Assembly (NCBI GenBank): GCA_023213395.1 | Contig: CM041465.1 | Coordinates: 225,191,741-225,255,740, forward strand | DNA from: Cycas panzhihuaensis | Taxonomy: Eukaryota; Plantae; Cycadophyta | DNA: 64,000 nucleotides | Direction of reading: 5' to 3' | In this document: positions 26,972 to 40,500 of the stretch, one piece after another | How the letters are laid out: every line of letters begins with the position of its first letter | How positions within the stretch are numbered: the stretch's first letter is position 1 | The notes under the pieces: generated by a model | Seen by the model: the letters and a program-made list of their open reading frames with translations, nothing else | What the model was told of the DNA's origin: nothing | Database searches by the model: none | Position numbers and translations under genes: made by a program

Positions 26972-29900
26972 ATGGCTCCTCCTACTCAACTAAATCAAAT
27001 TTTAGCCTTGGAAACCTAATACAATACTTTGATTATAATATCATAAAGCTATCTAATGAGATTGAGAAGCTTACCACATAAATATCTAATATGCCCTCCC
27101 CCTCAAATTTAATTAGTAGCTCCCCACCGCCTCCAACCCCCCCTCCCCCCCACCTTACCATGCCCCTCCCATATCAAAACCCACTCCTCCACAAAATCAT
27201 CATCCTAATATTTGACCCTAATCTCAACAAGGATACTGCATAAAGTTGGATAAGAAAGTTGGAGCTATACTTCACTCTCATCCCCATGCCACTAGATGAT
27301 AAATTAACTTTTGCCTTAATATACCTTGAAATCAAAGCATATCACCATTTATATTGGTGGTAACATGAGAATCCCACTAGAGTCAATCCTTCTTCAATTG
27401 GCTTACTTAACTTAAATAGATAGCATTGATAAAAATATATATTGAAGAATTCCAAGCCTTATAGAATCAAGTCTTATAAACCCTTGATTGACATATTATT
27501 ATTGATATATATGTGTTTGGCCTTAAAGACTACGTCTAAATATGCCTTAATATGGTTCATCCAATGACTCTTCGAGAGGCTATATCGATGGAAAAAGAAG
27601 TTAAAGTAGAGTTCACAACAAAATGACTAGTTATTTTTCATGAGATCTTACATGGTATTAGTGCTCTCATCCCATAGATTTGCCATGCCAATGTTAATAT
27701 ATGGATGATCCATAATGCTTAGTAATAAAGCCCCCTTCAAATCCCTTGTGTATGTTAGTAGTTGAAGCAAATAAGTAGTAAGAGGTTGGCCTCTATATTA
27801 AGTGCTCAAAGAAGTGGACCTTTGATCATGACAAGATATGCATAGTTAGACACATGGTCTTTACAACTGATCTTGACCTCTCTTTAGAAGAAAACTTAGA
27901 TTCTAAGCATGATCCAAATGATGATCGACCCTAAGAATCATTCTTTGACCCCAAATCATAAGTCTCCCTAGTAGTTATATCCTCTACATCTTGCCTCAAA
28001 CCCTTTAAAGTCAAAGGCATACTCCAAAAAACCCTTATTACCATCTTGATTGATAATGGCACACCACTAAATTTCATTCATATATAACCTCTATATTATC
28101 CCTAAACACCAATTTCACTTACTTTCTACTAAGGTGTCATACTCTTCACTGTGTAGGGACAATCAAGAATTTGCATATCTAGATTAGCACCAATCACTTA
28201 GTATTTAACTTTTACACTCTATGTATAAGAGGATTAAATGCTATTGTAGGAGTCTAATGGCTTTAAACCCTTGATACATATAATGTAAATAATTCTTCTA
28301 CTAATCTCTTCATCTAGTTTAGAGATAACCTTCATTAAACACAAAAACTCCTTGGAAGTCAACCCCTTCCCAATAAACTTATCTCTTCTAATGAAACATG
28401 CAAGTAATTAAATAGTAATATGGGATACATAGTCCATATTAACAATGTTGAAGACCAACCCATGACCCACCTTAATATCCAACACATCCTTAAGCAATAT
28501 CAGTTTGTCCTTACCCTTCTTCTTTCTAGCCCTCCCTTAGATTGGAGCTTTCACCATACTATCAAGCTCAAAAACCCTTATGACCCTATCAATCTTAGAC
28601 CTTACTACAACTCATGTTTCTGAAAAAATAAAATTGTAAAAATCACAAATGAGCTTATGGATATAGGCATTAGTCAACTAAGTAAAAGTCCCTAAGTTAC
28701 CCCTATCACCCTTATTTAAAAAAAAGAAGGATCTTTTAGACTATGTATTAACTATCATCATCTCAATAAAATCATAATAAAAAATAAGTTTCTAACCCCT
28801 TAGATTGATGACATGTTAAACAAAATCCATGGTGCTATAATATTCTCTAAATTGGACCTATAATCTAGTTACTATCAAATCCCTATTACCCTTAAGAATT
28901 GCCACAAAATTGCCTTCTGTACATACCATGGTCACTTCAGATTTTGAGTCATGTCTTTTGGTCTTTATAATGTCCCTACCATATTTCAAGCCCTAGTGAA
29001 TAAAACATTTGCTCCATATCTTAAAAAATGTATCATTCTCTTTTTTATAACATACTCATCTATAGTTCTTGCTTGGGCCAATATCTCTAACACTTAGAAG
29101 TTGTCCTTCAAATCGCCACTCAATAATAACGCTATAGCAAATTATGAAAATGTGAATTTAGGAAATCTAAAGTATAATACCTTGCCCATATCATTTCATC
29201 TAAAGGTGTTTAAATTGACCTAGATAAAATCTTTATTATTATTGCTTGGCTAGCCACTAAAACCCTTGCTCAACTATGTGCTTTCCTTATGCTTACTAAC
29301 TTCTATTATTATTTTCTTAGAAACTACACTTCTCTTATCACCCTCTAACTAACCTACTCTGTAAAAACTAATTTTAATAGTCTCCTACTATAAATGACGC
29401 CTTTAACCACCTCAAAATGATTATGACCTCCACCCGTATTCTTGCCACTCTCGATTTCTCTCAACCATTTCAACTTGAATGTGATGCCTTTAGTTTTATC
29501 AAAAGCTTACTCATACAAAATTTTCACTCAATCATATTTAAGAGTTATAAGCTTAAAAAACATAAGTGTTGGGTCTCTACATATCAAAAGGAGATGAAAG
29601 TTATTATACATACATTAGTTAAATGGTGTTAATACATCCTTGGCTCTAAGTTCACCATTCTAATTGACCATCAAGACCTTCATTATCTTCTTAACTAGTT
29701 GGTCCTATCCAAAGAACAAGCTAAAGTAGATTGATTAACTTTATATGCTTGATTCACTATAGCATATAAAAAAGTCAAGGATAATATTGTTGTTAATACT
29801 CTCTCTCACCTTCCCCCTAACCCCATCATTTGTGTTATGTCTAAACCTTAACTCACCTAGCTAGCTAAATTAGCCACTAACAATTAATCCCAACATGATT

Positions 29901-31345
29901 ATACCCAATAGACTACGAAAGTCCATGCTTAAAAGAATTAGTCTTTATATAATAATCATCTTCTTTATAAAAATCACATCTTCATCCATCCTACATCTTC
30001 TTATATCCCTTACATCCTCTTTAAATATCATTCTACCCACCTAAGAGATCACACTCACTTTAATAAAACCTATCATTATGTTCATGCCAATTTTTACTAG
30101 TTACATATGAAATCTAATATCCTTGTCTTCATCTTTGAGTGTGACATATGCTAATAAAACAAACTAGAGACAACTACTTAGCTAAGGCTCCTCCAACCTT
30201 TATGTGTTCTACAAGGTAAATGGTAGGGCATTGCCATGGATTTCATTACTAACCTTTCATCATCTATTAAATTCAACTATATCCTAGTTATCATGGATAG
30301 ATTAACCAAGTATTCTTACTTTGTACTAGTTCACATCTTATATAATGTCCTTACATCACTAACTTATATATCCAATTAATTTTTTTATCTCTATAGATTT
30401 ACTTCTATTATAGTTTATGACTGCAACCCTAAGTTCACTAATTCATTTTGGCAAGAACTTTTTTGTGCCTTAGGAACTTCTTTCAACATGAATTTAACAT
30501 ATTCCCTTAGATTGATGGTTGGTTTGAGGTCCTTAATAAAATATAAAAAACTTACTTACACTATTTTGCCTCAAAATATGAGAGTAAATATACCTCTTGG
30601 TTTAGCCCTCATTAAATATTGGTATAACTTATTTCATCACTTTACTATTGATATATCCATGTTCATGGCCCTTTTATGGTTATCCCCTACTAACTCACCA
30701 CACCCTTGCTATTAACATATAAATATTCATTGTCCAACAAAAACTCTAGGACATGAACCAAATCCTCTGTATACTTAAGCAGAACCTATTCACTACCTAG
30801 AAACACGTAAAATAACTTATCAATTGCCATTGTTTTTATAGTTCATTTTTAGTAGGTGACCTTATATCCCTATGTCTCTAACCATATAAGAAGAAATCCT
30901 TAAAGTATAATAAAAATTACAAGTTAATCCCTTGTTATTATGGTTTATTAGGCACTTTAAAGTATCAACGAAGTTACTTATGCCCTCAAACTCATCCTAA
31001 CTCTAAAATTTATAATATTTTTCATGTTTCTTACCTAAAAAATGACCTTAGTAAAGTTACCACCCTCTAGATTATCCTTTCCATCCTTAATGATGAGCAA
31101 GTCCTCACTATTCATTCTAATCACATCTTAGCTAGCCATCAACACTACCTCTATAATAGTATCATCTCTAAGTACCTTATATAGTGGGTCAGTTATGAAT
31201 TAGGGGAAGCAACATAGGAATTAATATAATCTATTTGTTACTATCTTTATCTTCTTGGCTTTGGTGACTTAGCATCTTAGAGGAGAGGTCCTTTTACATA
31301 TCTACTATTGACAATATGACCTGATTACTAGTACATATCACTAAG
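26972..31345 (+). mobile_element. Decayed chromovirus Ty3/Gypsy #1 (gag-PR-RT-RH-INT-chromodomain)
   Basis: Pro-rich Gag from ATG 26972; PR ILIDNG at about 28040; PINLRPY; RH PFQLECDA; INT IAMDFIT...DRLTKY; chromodomain-like YLI*W...AT*E at about 31170-31220; PPT AGAGGAGAGG at 31279. 5' LTR not identified. Confidence 0.85.
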
Positions 31346-31673
31346 TGTAATGTAACCCCATCTTCCTAAGCACTAGCAAGTGGGAACTACTAAAGGGTTA
31401 AAGATTGATGTTAGTTATTAAGATTTGTGCAAGGACCATTAAGCCCTCCAATAAGATGTAAGGATGTTAAGACCACGAATAAGATCATAAGAAGGAGATC
31501 TCTGCATGTCCATTTAAAGGGTTAAAGAACACTCGTAATATTGTTTAGGATTATTATCTTTTGAAAAGAAAAGTACTTCAGTACTCCCTTTAGTGCCCAT
31601 TCTATTATATATTTTGCACTTTTATCTCCTATATGTAGAGTTTGTGAGGTTGATTTTCTAAAGGAACACTTCA
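31346..31673 (+). repeat. 5' LTR of chromovirus #2
   Basis: TGTAA...TTCA followed by PBS; homologous to 37554-37589 plus 45059-45385. Confidence 0.88.
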
Positions 31674-32898
31674 AGTGGTATCAGAGCCAAGTTTTGTGAT
31701 AATGAGGAGCTACTCGATAGGAAAAAATTAAGATTTTTTTCTTACTAGATCGAGTACTCTCTCTACCTAAGTAGAGATCAAGGAAAGACCTTCTCTTAGT
31801 CCTCTCTTCACATAGAGATTAAGGAATGAAACTAGAACAATTCAAGAGTCATGAAGGAAGGGGAATTTCTTCCTCTAAGTAATGCCCAACACTTCATTTT
31901 TTTTCTTTATGTTCACTTTTAGTTTAATTTATTTATTTATGTTGGAGTTGTTAGTCCAAGGGTAGATAACTCTACCTAGAAACTATCTTTTCTCCTTCCT
32001 ACCCCTTATTCCTAGGTAGATAACTTCATGTAGTGGATACCCAAAGTAGTTAGGTAAAGACCCTGTACTATGGATTTTTATAAATCACAAAGATCTATCG
32101 TTCTAGCTAAGCGCACTTTGGCTTTAGTACCCTTTATGTGAAGGACTAGAGATAACACTCCTAAACTAAGCCCTAAATAGAACTTGGCTATGGAATTGTA
32201 CCTCCACGTATCCTTGAATATATAGGAAGTCCCCTATATATATTTTTCACCATCCTAGTATAGGTAGCATTATAATAATTTGTAATATATGATGCATAAG
32301 TTAATGGTTAGCACTCAAAAATTACTCTACCCATGCACCTCTGCATAACTATACACCTTAAGGAGATAGTCATTCTTTCATAGGTCGTGCCCTAAGATAT
32401 TGGGCTAAGCTATAGTATTGATAAAGAAGTTTATTGTAGAGCTTATAAAATCAAACTCCTTTGTCAAGTGTCTGATAGGCTTCCCTGAAGTTAACATCGA
32501 ACTGACAACACTGTAATCATAATATAGAAAGCAAGGACCATATTTTTATAAATATTGATCAAATTTAGAAATGGCTTAAATAGGTGAATTAGTCACAAGG
32601 AAAAAAAAAAACACCATTAAAATTCATATACCTTGTTTCAATCAATACGTCATACTAATCATTTTTTACTAGGTTAGATTCTGTAGACAATTTTTATGCT
32701 TAGTAGTACCTAGGCTACTAGTGGGTTACGCCACCTAAAACTCATCCTTAAATCTTATATAACCCATTTCAACAAGTTTTTTTTGCTTGTCCAAGTGGAT
32801 TAGGTATCATATTTATGTAATGTTTAGGGTCAACAAGCTATAGACACCCCACATCCCCCTCTTTGCCGCTTTCTCTTTCCTGTAACAACTCCCTAGTT

Positions 32899-32904
<6 letters not shown>

Positions 32905-32973
<69 letters not shown>
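32905..32973. repeat. (CT)n microsatellite in retroelement leader
   Basis: Seen directly. Confidence 0.95.
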
Positions 32974-32978
<5 letters not shown>

Positions 32979-33049
32979 TCTTTCCTACTTCATATATTTT
33001 TTCTTCTTTCTATTTATTCTCGCTCCTTTAAGCCCATTCTATAATTCTA

Positions 33050-36000
33050 ATGGCACCAACATAAGGAGCAAAAATTATTGAATTGACCTAAGACTTGAAT
33101 AACTTCAAATAAGATGTTAACAATAGACTTGATGACCTCCTTATAAAATTAGACCTTGATGGCACCAAAGCAGAACTTTTGTGTCACTCCAGCAACTGCT
33201 ACAACCTCAATCCCAAAGCATATAGACTTCTAATATGATGGGCAATGCTCCTCTCCCTTTTCAAGAAAGTAATACACCTCCAAGAGGTTATCTACCAAGG
33301 CATCCATCTTTCCACCATAAGATCAATATTCCTACCTTTGATCTAGATGTGAAAAGAGAGAGCACTCAAAGCTAGATCAATAATTTGGAATCATACTTGA
33401 CACTCTACCTAATGTCTAAGGAAGATCAACTCCTATACACCTTTATTCATGTAAATGAAAGAGCCCACCATTAATTTAATTGGTAGAAATGAGAATATCC
33501 CTCACACTAAATATGGTTGCACTTCACAAGTTGTTTTATTGAATAATATGAGAACATATTAAGCCGATCCTTTTTCTTGCAACTTACATAGCTTAAACAG
33601 AAATAATAGTAGAGGCTTTTACTAATGAATTTCAAGCTTTGTATAATCACTCTTTGCAAATTCAAAACTTGCACAAATAAGCAGTGATTGATATTTATGT
33701 GGTCAAACTCTAAGATGATATCTAGATGTGATTCAAGATAATGGTAGTGCACCCCCTCAAGGAAGCCTTTAAATAGGCCTGAGTAGTAGAGGTTGAATTT
33801 ATAGTTGATAGATCTTTAACCACTTACAGGGATAACCTCTAATTTTCATGACCTTAATAGTCAGATTTTTAGTAATTATGACCCTAATTTAATGATGTTG
33901 TACATCCTTAAGCTAACTTCTCATATCTTAGATCACGTCAGGATAATCCTAACCACTTAACTACAAATTAATAGAATGAAGACCTCTCCATCAAATAGGT
34001 CTAAATTTCCTAAGCTAAAGCACAGCATCGACTAAGGGTTGACTTCTATATATAGAGTATAAAAAATGGACTCCCAGGCATGGTTGTATTTGAAAGACGT
34101 GATGCATGGTCTTTTCCATTTACCCATCCCTATTCCTTAATGAATCCTCTAATTTTGATTATGAACATGATGCTAAAGATGAAATCCAAGAAGACCCTAC
34201 CCTAGACCCTCACCCTGATGTAAACCTATCTACTGTCACCTCCACTTCTTGTCCCAAACTTGAATGCATCAAAGGCATCCTTTGTAAGACTCTGATATTA
34301 ATCCTAATTAACAATGGTATGTCACTCAACTTTCTTAATATCTCTTTGGCCCAGTAACTTAACCTCTATATAGTACCAAAAACTAGCTTCACCTATTCCC
34401 TACCAAGGTACCGAAAGCTCCATTATATTAGTGTGATTAAAAACCTCCAAGTCCAGATCAATATTTATCTTTTAGTTTTAGATTTTTATGCATTATTGAT
34501 AAGAGGGTCTAATGCTATCTTATGGATTTAGTGGTTACAAAACTTAAGGACTTACAGTATGCAAAACTTGCCTAAAAACCATTCATTGTATTCAAAGACC
34601 AAATGGGTTAGACTCACAAAATCTATAGGATGTACTCCCCTCCTAATCTGGGTTATATAAAATGTCATCTTTAATCCCACCTTAAATATATAGTTTGCCT
34701 CAACAATATTTAGATTAAACCATAAATTCACCTACATATCCCAGAGGTCATCATCTAATATGAGTAGGTGGTTTCTCCCCTACCCATCGCTACCCTACCT
34801 AATCATAACTTTTATCACATAATTGAACTATAATCTAATAATAACCCTATCAACCTAAGGCCCTACTGTAATTCATGCTTAAAAAAAAATTAGAAACTCA
34901 CAAGCAAACTCCTTGACATGGGTATAATCCAACCAAGCAAAACCCCTTACATGGCTCCTATAGTCCTAGTTATGAAGAAGAATGGCTCCTTCTACCTCTA
35001 TATTAATCATAGGGAACTAAATAAAATTACTATCAAAAATAAGTTTTCTGCCTTATGGATAGATAACATATTAGATAAAATTTATAATGTGTCTATTTTC
35101 TCTATGTAAGACTTTCAATCTAGTTACTACTAGTTCCTAATTATCCCCAAAGATTGCCATAAGATAATATTTTAGATACATCATGTTTAAGAAATGCCTT
35201 TTGGCCTTTATAAAGCTCTAGCAACCTTCTAGGTTCTCATGAACAAAATTTTTAGCTCTACCTTCAAAAATTCATCGTTACCTTCTTTGATGATATCCTC
35301 ATTTACAGCACCTATTTAGATCACCATATTCAACACTTGGAATTTATTCTTCAAACCCTATAAAAATACCAACTCTATGTGAAATTGTCTAAGTGTGAGT
35401 TTGGGCAATTTGAGCTCTAATATTTGGGGCATATTATATCATCAGAGGGGGTACAAGTAGACCCTAATAAAATACCTATCATCACAACCTAGACAATGGC
35501 AACTACTCTAACCTAACTACATGTAATCTTGGGCCTCATAGGGTTCTATTATCCTTTTGTATATAACTACACTGCCCTCACTATCCCCTTAACCAATCTT
35601 ATTCACAAAGATGTCTTCTAATGGTCCCTAGAGATAGACATTGTATTCTTATACCTCAAGCTAGTAATGACCTCTACTCTAGTCCTCATCACTCCTAATT
35701 TCAACTAGTTATTCCAACTTGAATGTAATGCCCCTAGATTTAGCCTAAGAGTGGTCTTAATGTAAGACTTTTACCCCATTGCATTCGAGAGTAAAAAATT
35801 GAAAGATTAGGAACTCCACCTTTTCACATACCAAAAGTAGATGAAAAATATTTTTTATGCCATTGACAAATGGTGGAAATACCTCCTAGGCTCCAAATTT
35901 ACTATTCTCATAAACCATCATAGCCTCCATAATCTATTAGATTAATTAGCTTTATTCGAAGAATAGGTTAAGTAAGTTAGTCCTCTATAGGTCTTTAACT

Positions 36001-37540
36001 TTATAATATCTTATAAAAAAGGCAAAGACAATATGATCACATATGCCTTTTTACATCTACACCCTGATTCTAATGCTCCCAACCCTAGTCTTTATGCTAT
36101 ATCTAAATCCTAACCCTTTGGCTTGATGAATTACAGGCTAAAAATGAGGCCTAGGCTGACTACCCTAACTAGAGTGAAAAAGCTACAACCCATAAAGGTT
36201 GCTCAATCTTGAACAATCACCTACTCTTTCAAGATTATATCTTTGTACACCCATCCTCTTTGTTCATCCCTAGAACCTTAATAGAATACCACTCTTCTCC
36301 CCTTGGAGGCCACTCAAGTTTTAATAAAACTTATCGATATATCTATGATGATTTCTTTTGACCCCGCATGAAGCCTACCATATTCACCTTCATATTAGAG
36401 CACGACACCTGTCAACAGAATAAAGTTGATACCAAAGCCCTTCCTGGACTTCTCCAACCATTAAATATTCCATAAGGTAAGTGGTAGGACATTACCATGA
36501 ACTTTATCACAACTTACTTTCATCTGCCGAGTTTGATTCTATTTGGGTGATAATTGATCGATTAACTAAGTATTCACACTTCCTCCCAGTTCACACCTCA
36601 TCTATTTCCTCCTACCTTATTAACTTATACATCCAATTCATCTTTTGCCTTCATGATTTTCCCTTAATCATCATTTATGACCAAGATCCTAAGTTCACCA
36701 ACTCCTTTTAGCAAGAACTCCTTAAGGCTATTGGAACTTCATTCAACATGAGTTCTGCCTACCATTCATAAACTGATGGTGGATTTGATATCTTGAACAA
36801 AACCCTAGAAATATATCTATGTTGTTTAACGTCAAAATACTAAGCTAGGTGGACTTCTTAACTTTCCCTAATAGAGTATTGGTATAACTCCTTTGACCAC
36901 ACAACCATCAATATGTCCTCATTTTTGGCCCTCTATAGCTATTAGCCTCCTTCCTACCATACCTTATCCACTAACTTTCAAATGGACTTAGTCCAATGAA
37001 AGCTTAAAGAGATGGACTAAATCCTCTATGCCCTTCAACAAAATCTGGCCATTGCCCGAAATTGCATGAAGTAACTCATTGATCGCCACTAGTCTAATCA
37101 GTCCTTTAACATTAGAGATCTAGTGTTCCTCTACCTCTAACCATATAAGCAATAATCTCTTAAGTCTCATCAAGGTCATAAACTAAACCCATGTTATTAT
37201 GACCCTTATAAAGTCCTTTACAAAATTAGTGAAGCTACTTATGCACTTGAACTCCCCCCAAATACCAATATCCACAATGTCTTCCATGTCTCTTGCTTAA
37301 AAAAATACCTTAGAGCTAAAGTTACATCCCATACCACCTTACCCATTCTTACTGATTAGGAAATCCTCATAATTCCACATAATAAAATTCTTTCCAACTG
37401 CCAATGCCACCTATAAAATTTCATTATTTATGAGTATTTAGTATAGTAGGCTAGTTGTGATGCAAATGGAACAACTTGGGAATTTGATGAATTCATCCAA
37501 TAATATCCTTATCTCTAACATTGCGAGGACTTAATATCTT
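33050..37540 (+). pseudogene. Decayed gag-pol of chromovirus #2
   Basis: GIIQPSKTPYMAPIVLVMKKNGS and FFDDILIYS (RT); QLECNA (RH); DSIWVIIDRLTKYSHF (INT); IHNVFHVSCLK and chromodomain-like YLV**...TTWE. Confidence 0.88.
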
Positions 37541-37589
37541 AGAGGGGGTGACTTGTAACATAACCACACATTCTTAAGCACTAGTAAGC

Positions 37590-40500
37590 TGGTTATTTGG
37601 GAATCAATCTAGGTTAATTACTTCTCAATAACCTTATTTTTCCTCTATTTCAATTGTGTATTAGAAGATTTATCAACCTGTAGGATCCCTAGAACCAACT
37701 TGTTCCAACTCCTAAGAAGGAGTCTCTACTTAGCTATGTTGTGTAGTTGAAAATGATTTGAAAGAGGCTAGGATATGTGAATGGAACTTGGTGAAGGAAT
37801 ATGCTAGCTTACACAATTAAGTAGAGGAGATCTAAGTTTAGAGTTATACTGATAATATTTTTTATTTTATTTTCTAGTTTATTCTTATCTCTTTCCTTTA
37901 TACGTTTTAATATTCTGAGTTTATTCAACTATAGGAAAGGTGAAAAGAAATAACCTCAAGATCATACACTTAGAAAAGTAACCAAAATACTAATGAATCA
38001 AGCATAAATTACTCTTTAAATTCCACAAATAATGAAGGAACCACATGTACTTTTTTTTAACTTAAAAAATAAAAGGAATCTTGCGTAAGATAAAGTAAAA
38101 ACTACCTTCAAGAACTTCAAACAAGCTTTTACTTCAAATTAAAAGAAGTAAAACTTACAAAAGAAGTCATTCATACATACCTAAAATATGAAGCTTGAGA
38201 TGGCCTGAGGCTCCTTTTAGATTCTTTCCACTTACATGTATGATACTTAATAGATTTTTTAACTTTCAATGGTAAAAAGACTTTAAATAAAGGAGGTAAA
38301 CCAAAAAAACAATAACATTCAAGATGAATTATTAACATGCAAGGTCAAACCTCATCAAAGAAACTCATAAGAGATATCGTGCAAGGTGTAAATCTAATAA
38401 ACAGGCATGAACATAATGTATGCAATTGATTTAAGATACTAGATTAAGAGCATAGAAAGATTTCATAATAATTTTAACAACATACAACTATAAAAATTCA
38501 TGAATTCAATCTATCTCCTAAGAAATAAAAAACTGAATATTATTATACAAAGCTTATTCCCTTTACTTTTTTCTAATCAAGCATCTTTTACAAGAAGAAG
38601 GAGAAAGAAGAGAATTAAGAAAAATATATCTCAAAACCACAAGAATTTAAATTTGCAACCATATGTATACCTTAGGATAGTAGTCTTTCCCTTATTGACC
38701 AATCTTTCTCTAATTTTTCCCTTGAAATAAGCAGCAAAAAAGGAAAAACTATGAAGAACAAAAGAATTATCACCAAAACTAGGGGAATAAGATAAACATG
38801 ATCTTAGAAAGAGATGAGACTACTATGGAGAGTGGGAGGAGAAGAGCTATATATTATTGAGAAGAGGAAAAACTCTCTTATTAATAGCTAACTCTTATAG
38901 ATCCCATAAAGAGCTTACCTTTTAGCCTAGATCTTTCTAAGGAAAACAACCACTAAGATAATAAACAAGTAAGCCACAACTAAGAAGAAGAAAGAAAGAA
39001 ATACTAAGTACAACATAAGCAAAAAGAATCCTTCACAAACTAAAATGAGATGGTAGAAGAGTATTACCACACTTATTAAAAAAGTATTAGATCTTGAATT
39101 AAGATTTTATAAATGATAGGATAACTCAACAAACCTTTAGAAATTAGATTTCAACAAAATAATCTAAACTTTGAGAATTTCAAGCTCTTGTTCCTCTTGA
39201 TTCTCTCTCTTTTCTCCCTCTTAACTTGCCAAAAGATATCACCAAACTCCCAAAGACTCACTCTCAAATCAATTCTGAAGGGTTTCAGGGCTTTCTAGGT
39301 GAGAAAGAAGGAGTTACCACATAATCTAGATGAAAATATATAAAAGATAGAGAGGAAATGACACATTTAACTAAAAAAATTGCATGTATAATAATAAAAA
39401 ACATGATTTTTATATAAAATGTGATCGATCATATTTTATGTAGAATGAAAAATGTAACTTTGTACATAAAATATGATCAATTACATTTTTGGCAATATTA
39501 AAAAAATGATAAAATTTTGGCAAACATACTTTAAAAAAACTCAAACTATTGCCAAAAATTAAACTAAATAGACTTCATTAAAGAGAAAAAATAACCTAAA
39601 ATAAGTGATAAATTAAACACAAGTCCAAAAAATATAAAAAATTGATAGCCAAAGTATAAAATCAAGAGGAAATACGACAACAAAAAGGTGTTTCAAAGGA
39701 GAAAGCAAATTAGAATAGATGAGGAAATGATTTTGACATTATAGTTTTATTCATCGATACATAGAAGTTGTAAAGCACACTATTCATCATCCAAACATCG
39801 ATCATTTCCAAAGCCAAAATAAGAATTTACTAAAATCATATAAAATCAAGTAAACATGTCTTATTATAACTATTTACATAAAATTGAAGAGAAAATATAA
39901 CCGTAGAAGCAATGTGATAATAGAATTCTAAAGAATGCAAAAAATAAATAACATAAATAAATCAAGCACTCAACAAAGAACACCAAGAGATTTAGGTCTA
40001 AGCATAGACTTTTTATTAATTTGAGCAATCGTTAAAGAATTATAGAGATGAATAAATCCTAACTCTTCTCCTCGACTCATCCACTACCATATCATCATAT
40101 ATTACATGTGCTATTATATAAGAATATATAGATACAACATTACAAGATACCACCTTGTGATTTTATAATACGATGGGCATAAACCATGGGCCAACAAAAG
40201 ACCCCCATAAGACATCTAAAAAATTTTCTTGGGGCTCCCGCCCCTAAACCCCTACCTAAGAGGCTATTGGTCCCCTAGACCCCCCAGTTAGAGGCCCTAC
40301 AACGGGCCCTCGGATCCCCACAAAAGGGCTCGGGTATAATGCCTATACTCATGTAACACTTGTAAAGTTATCAACATATCTAACAATTTCCCACTTATTG
40401 AACACTTTATAAGAAAACCTGTATACATAACTACTGAATGCCAAAATTACAAACACTTATTGCAATTCTATACCATCTAAAATTTTTAGTATTAACAATC

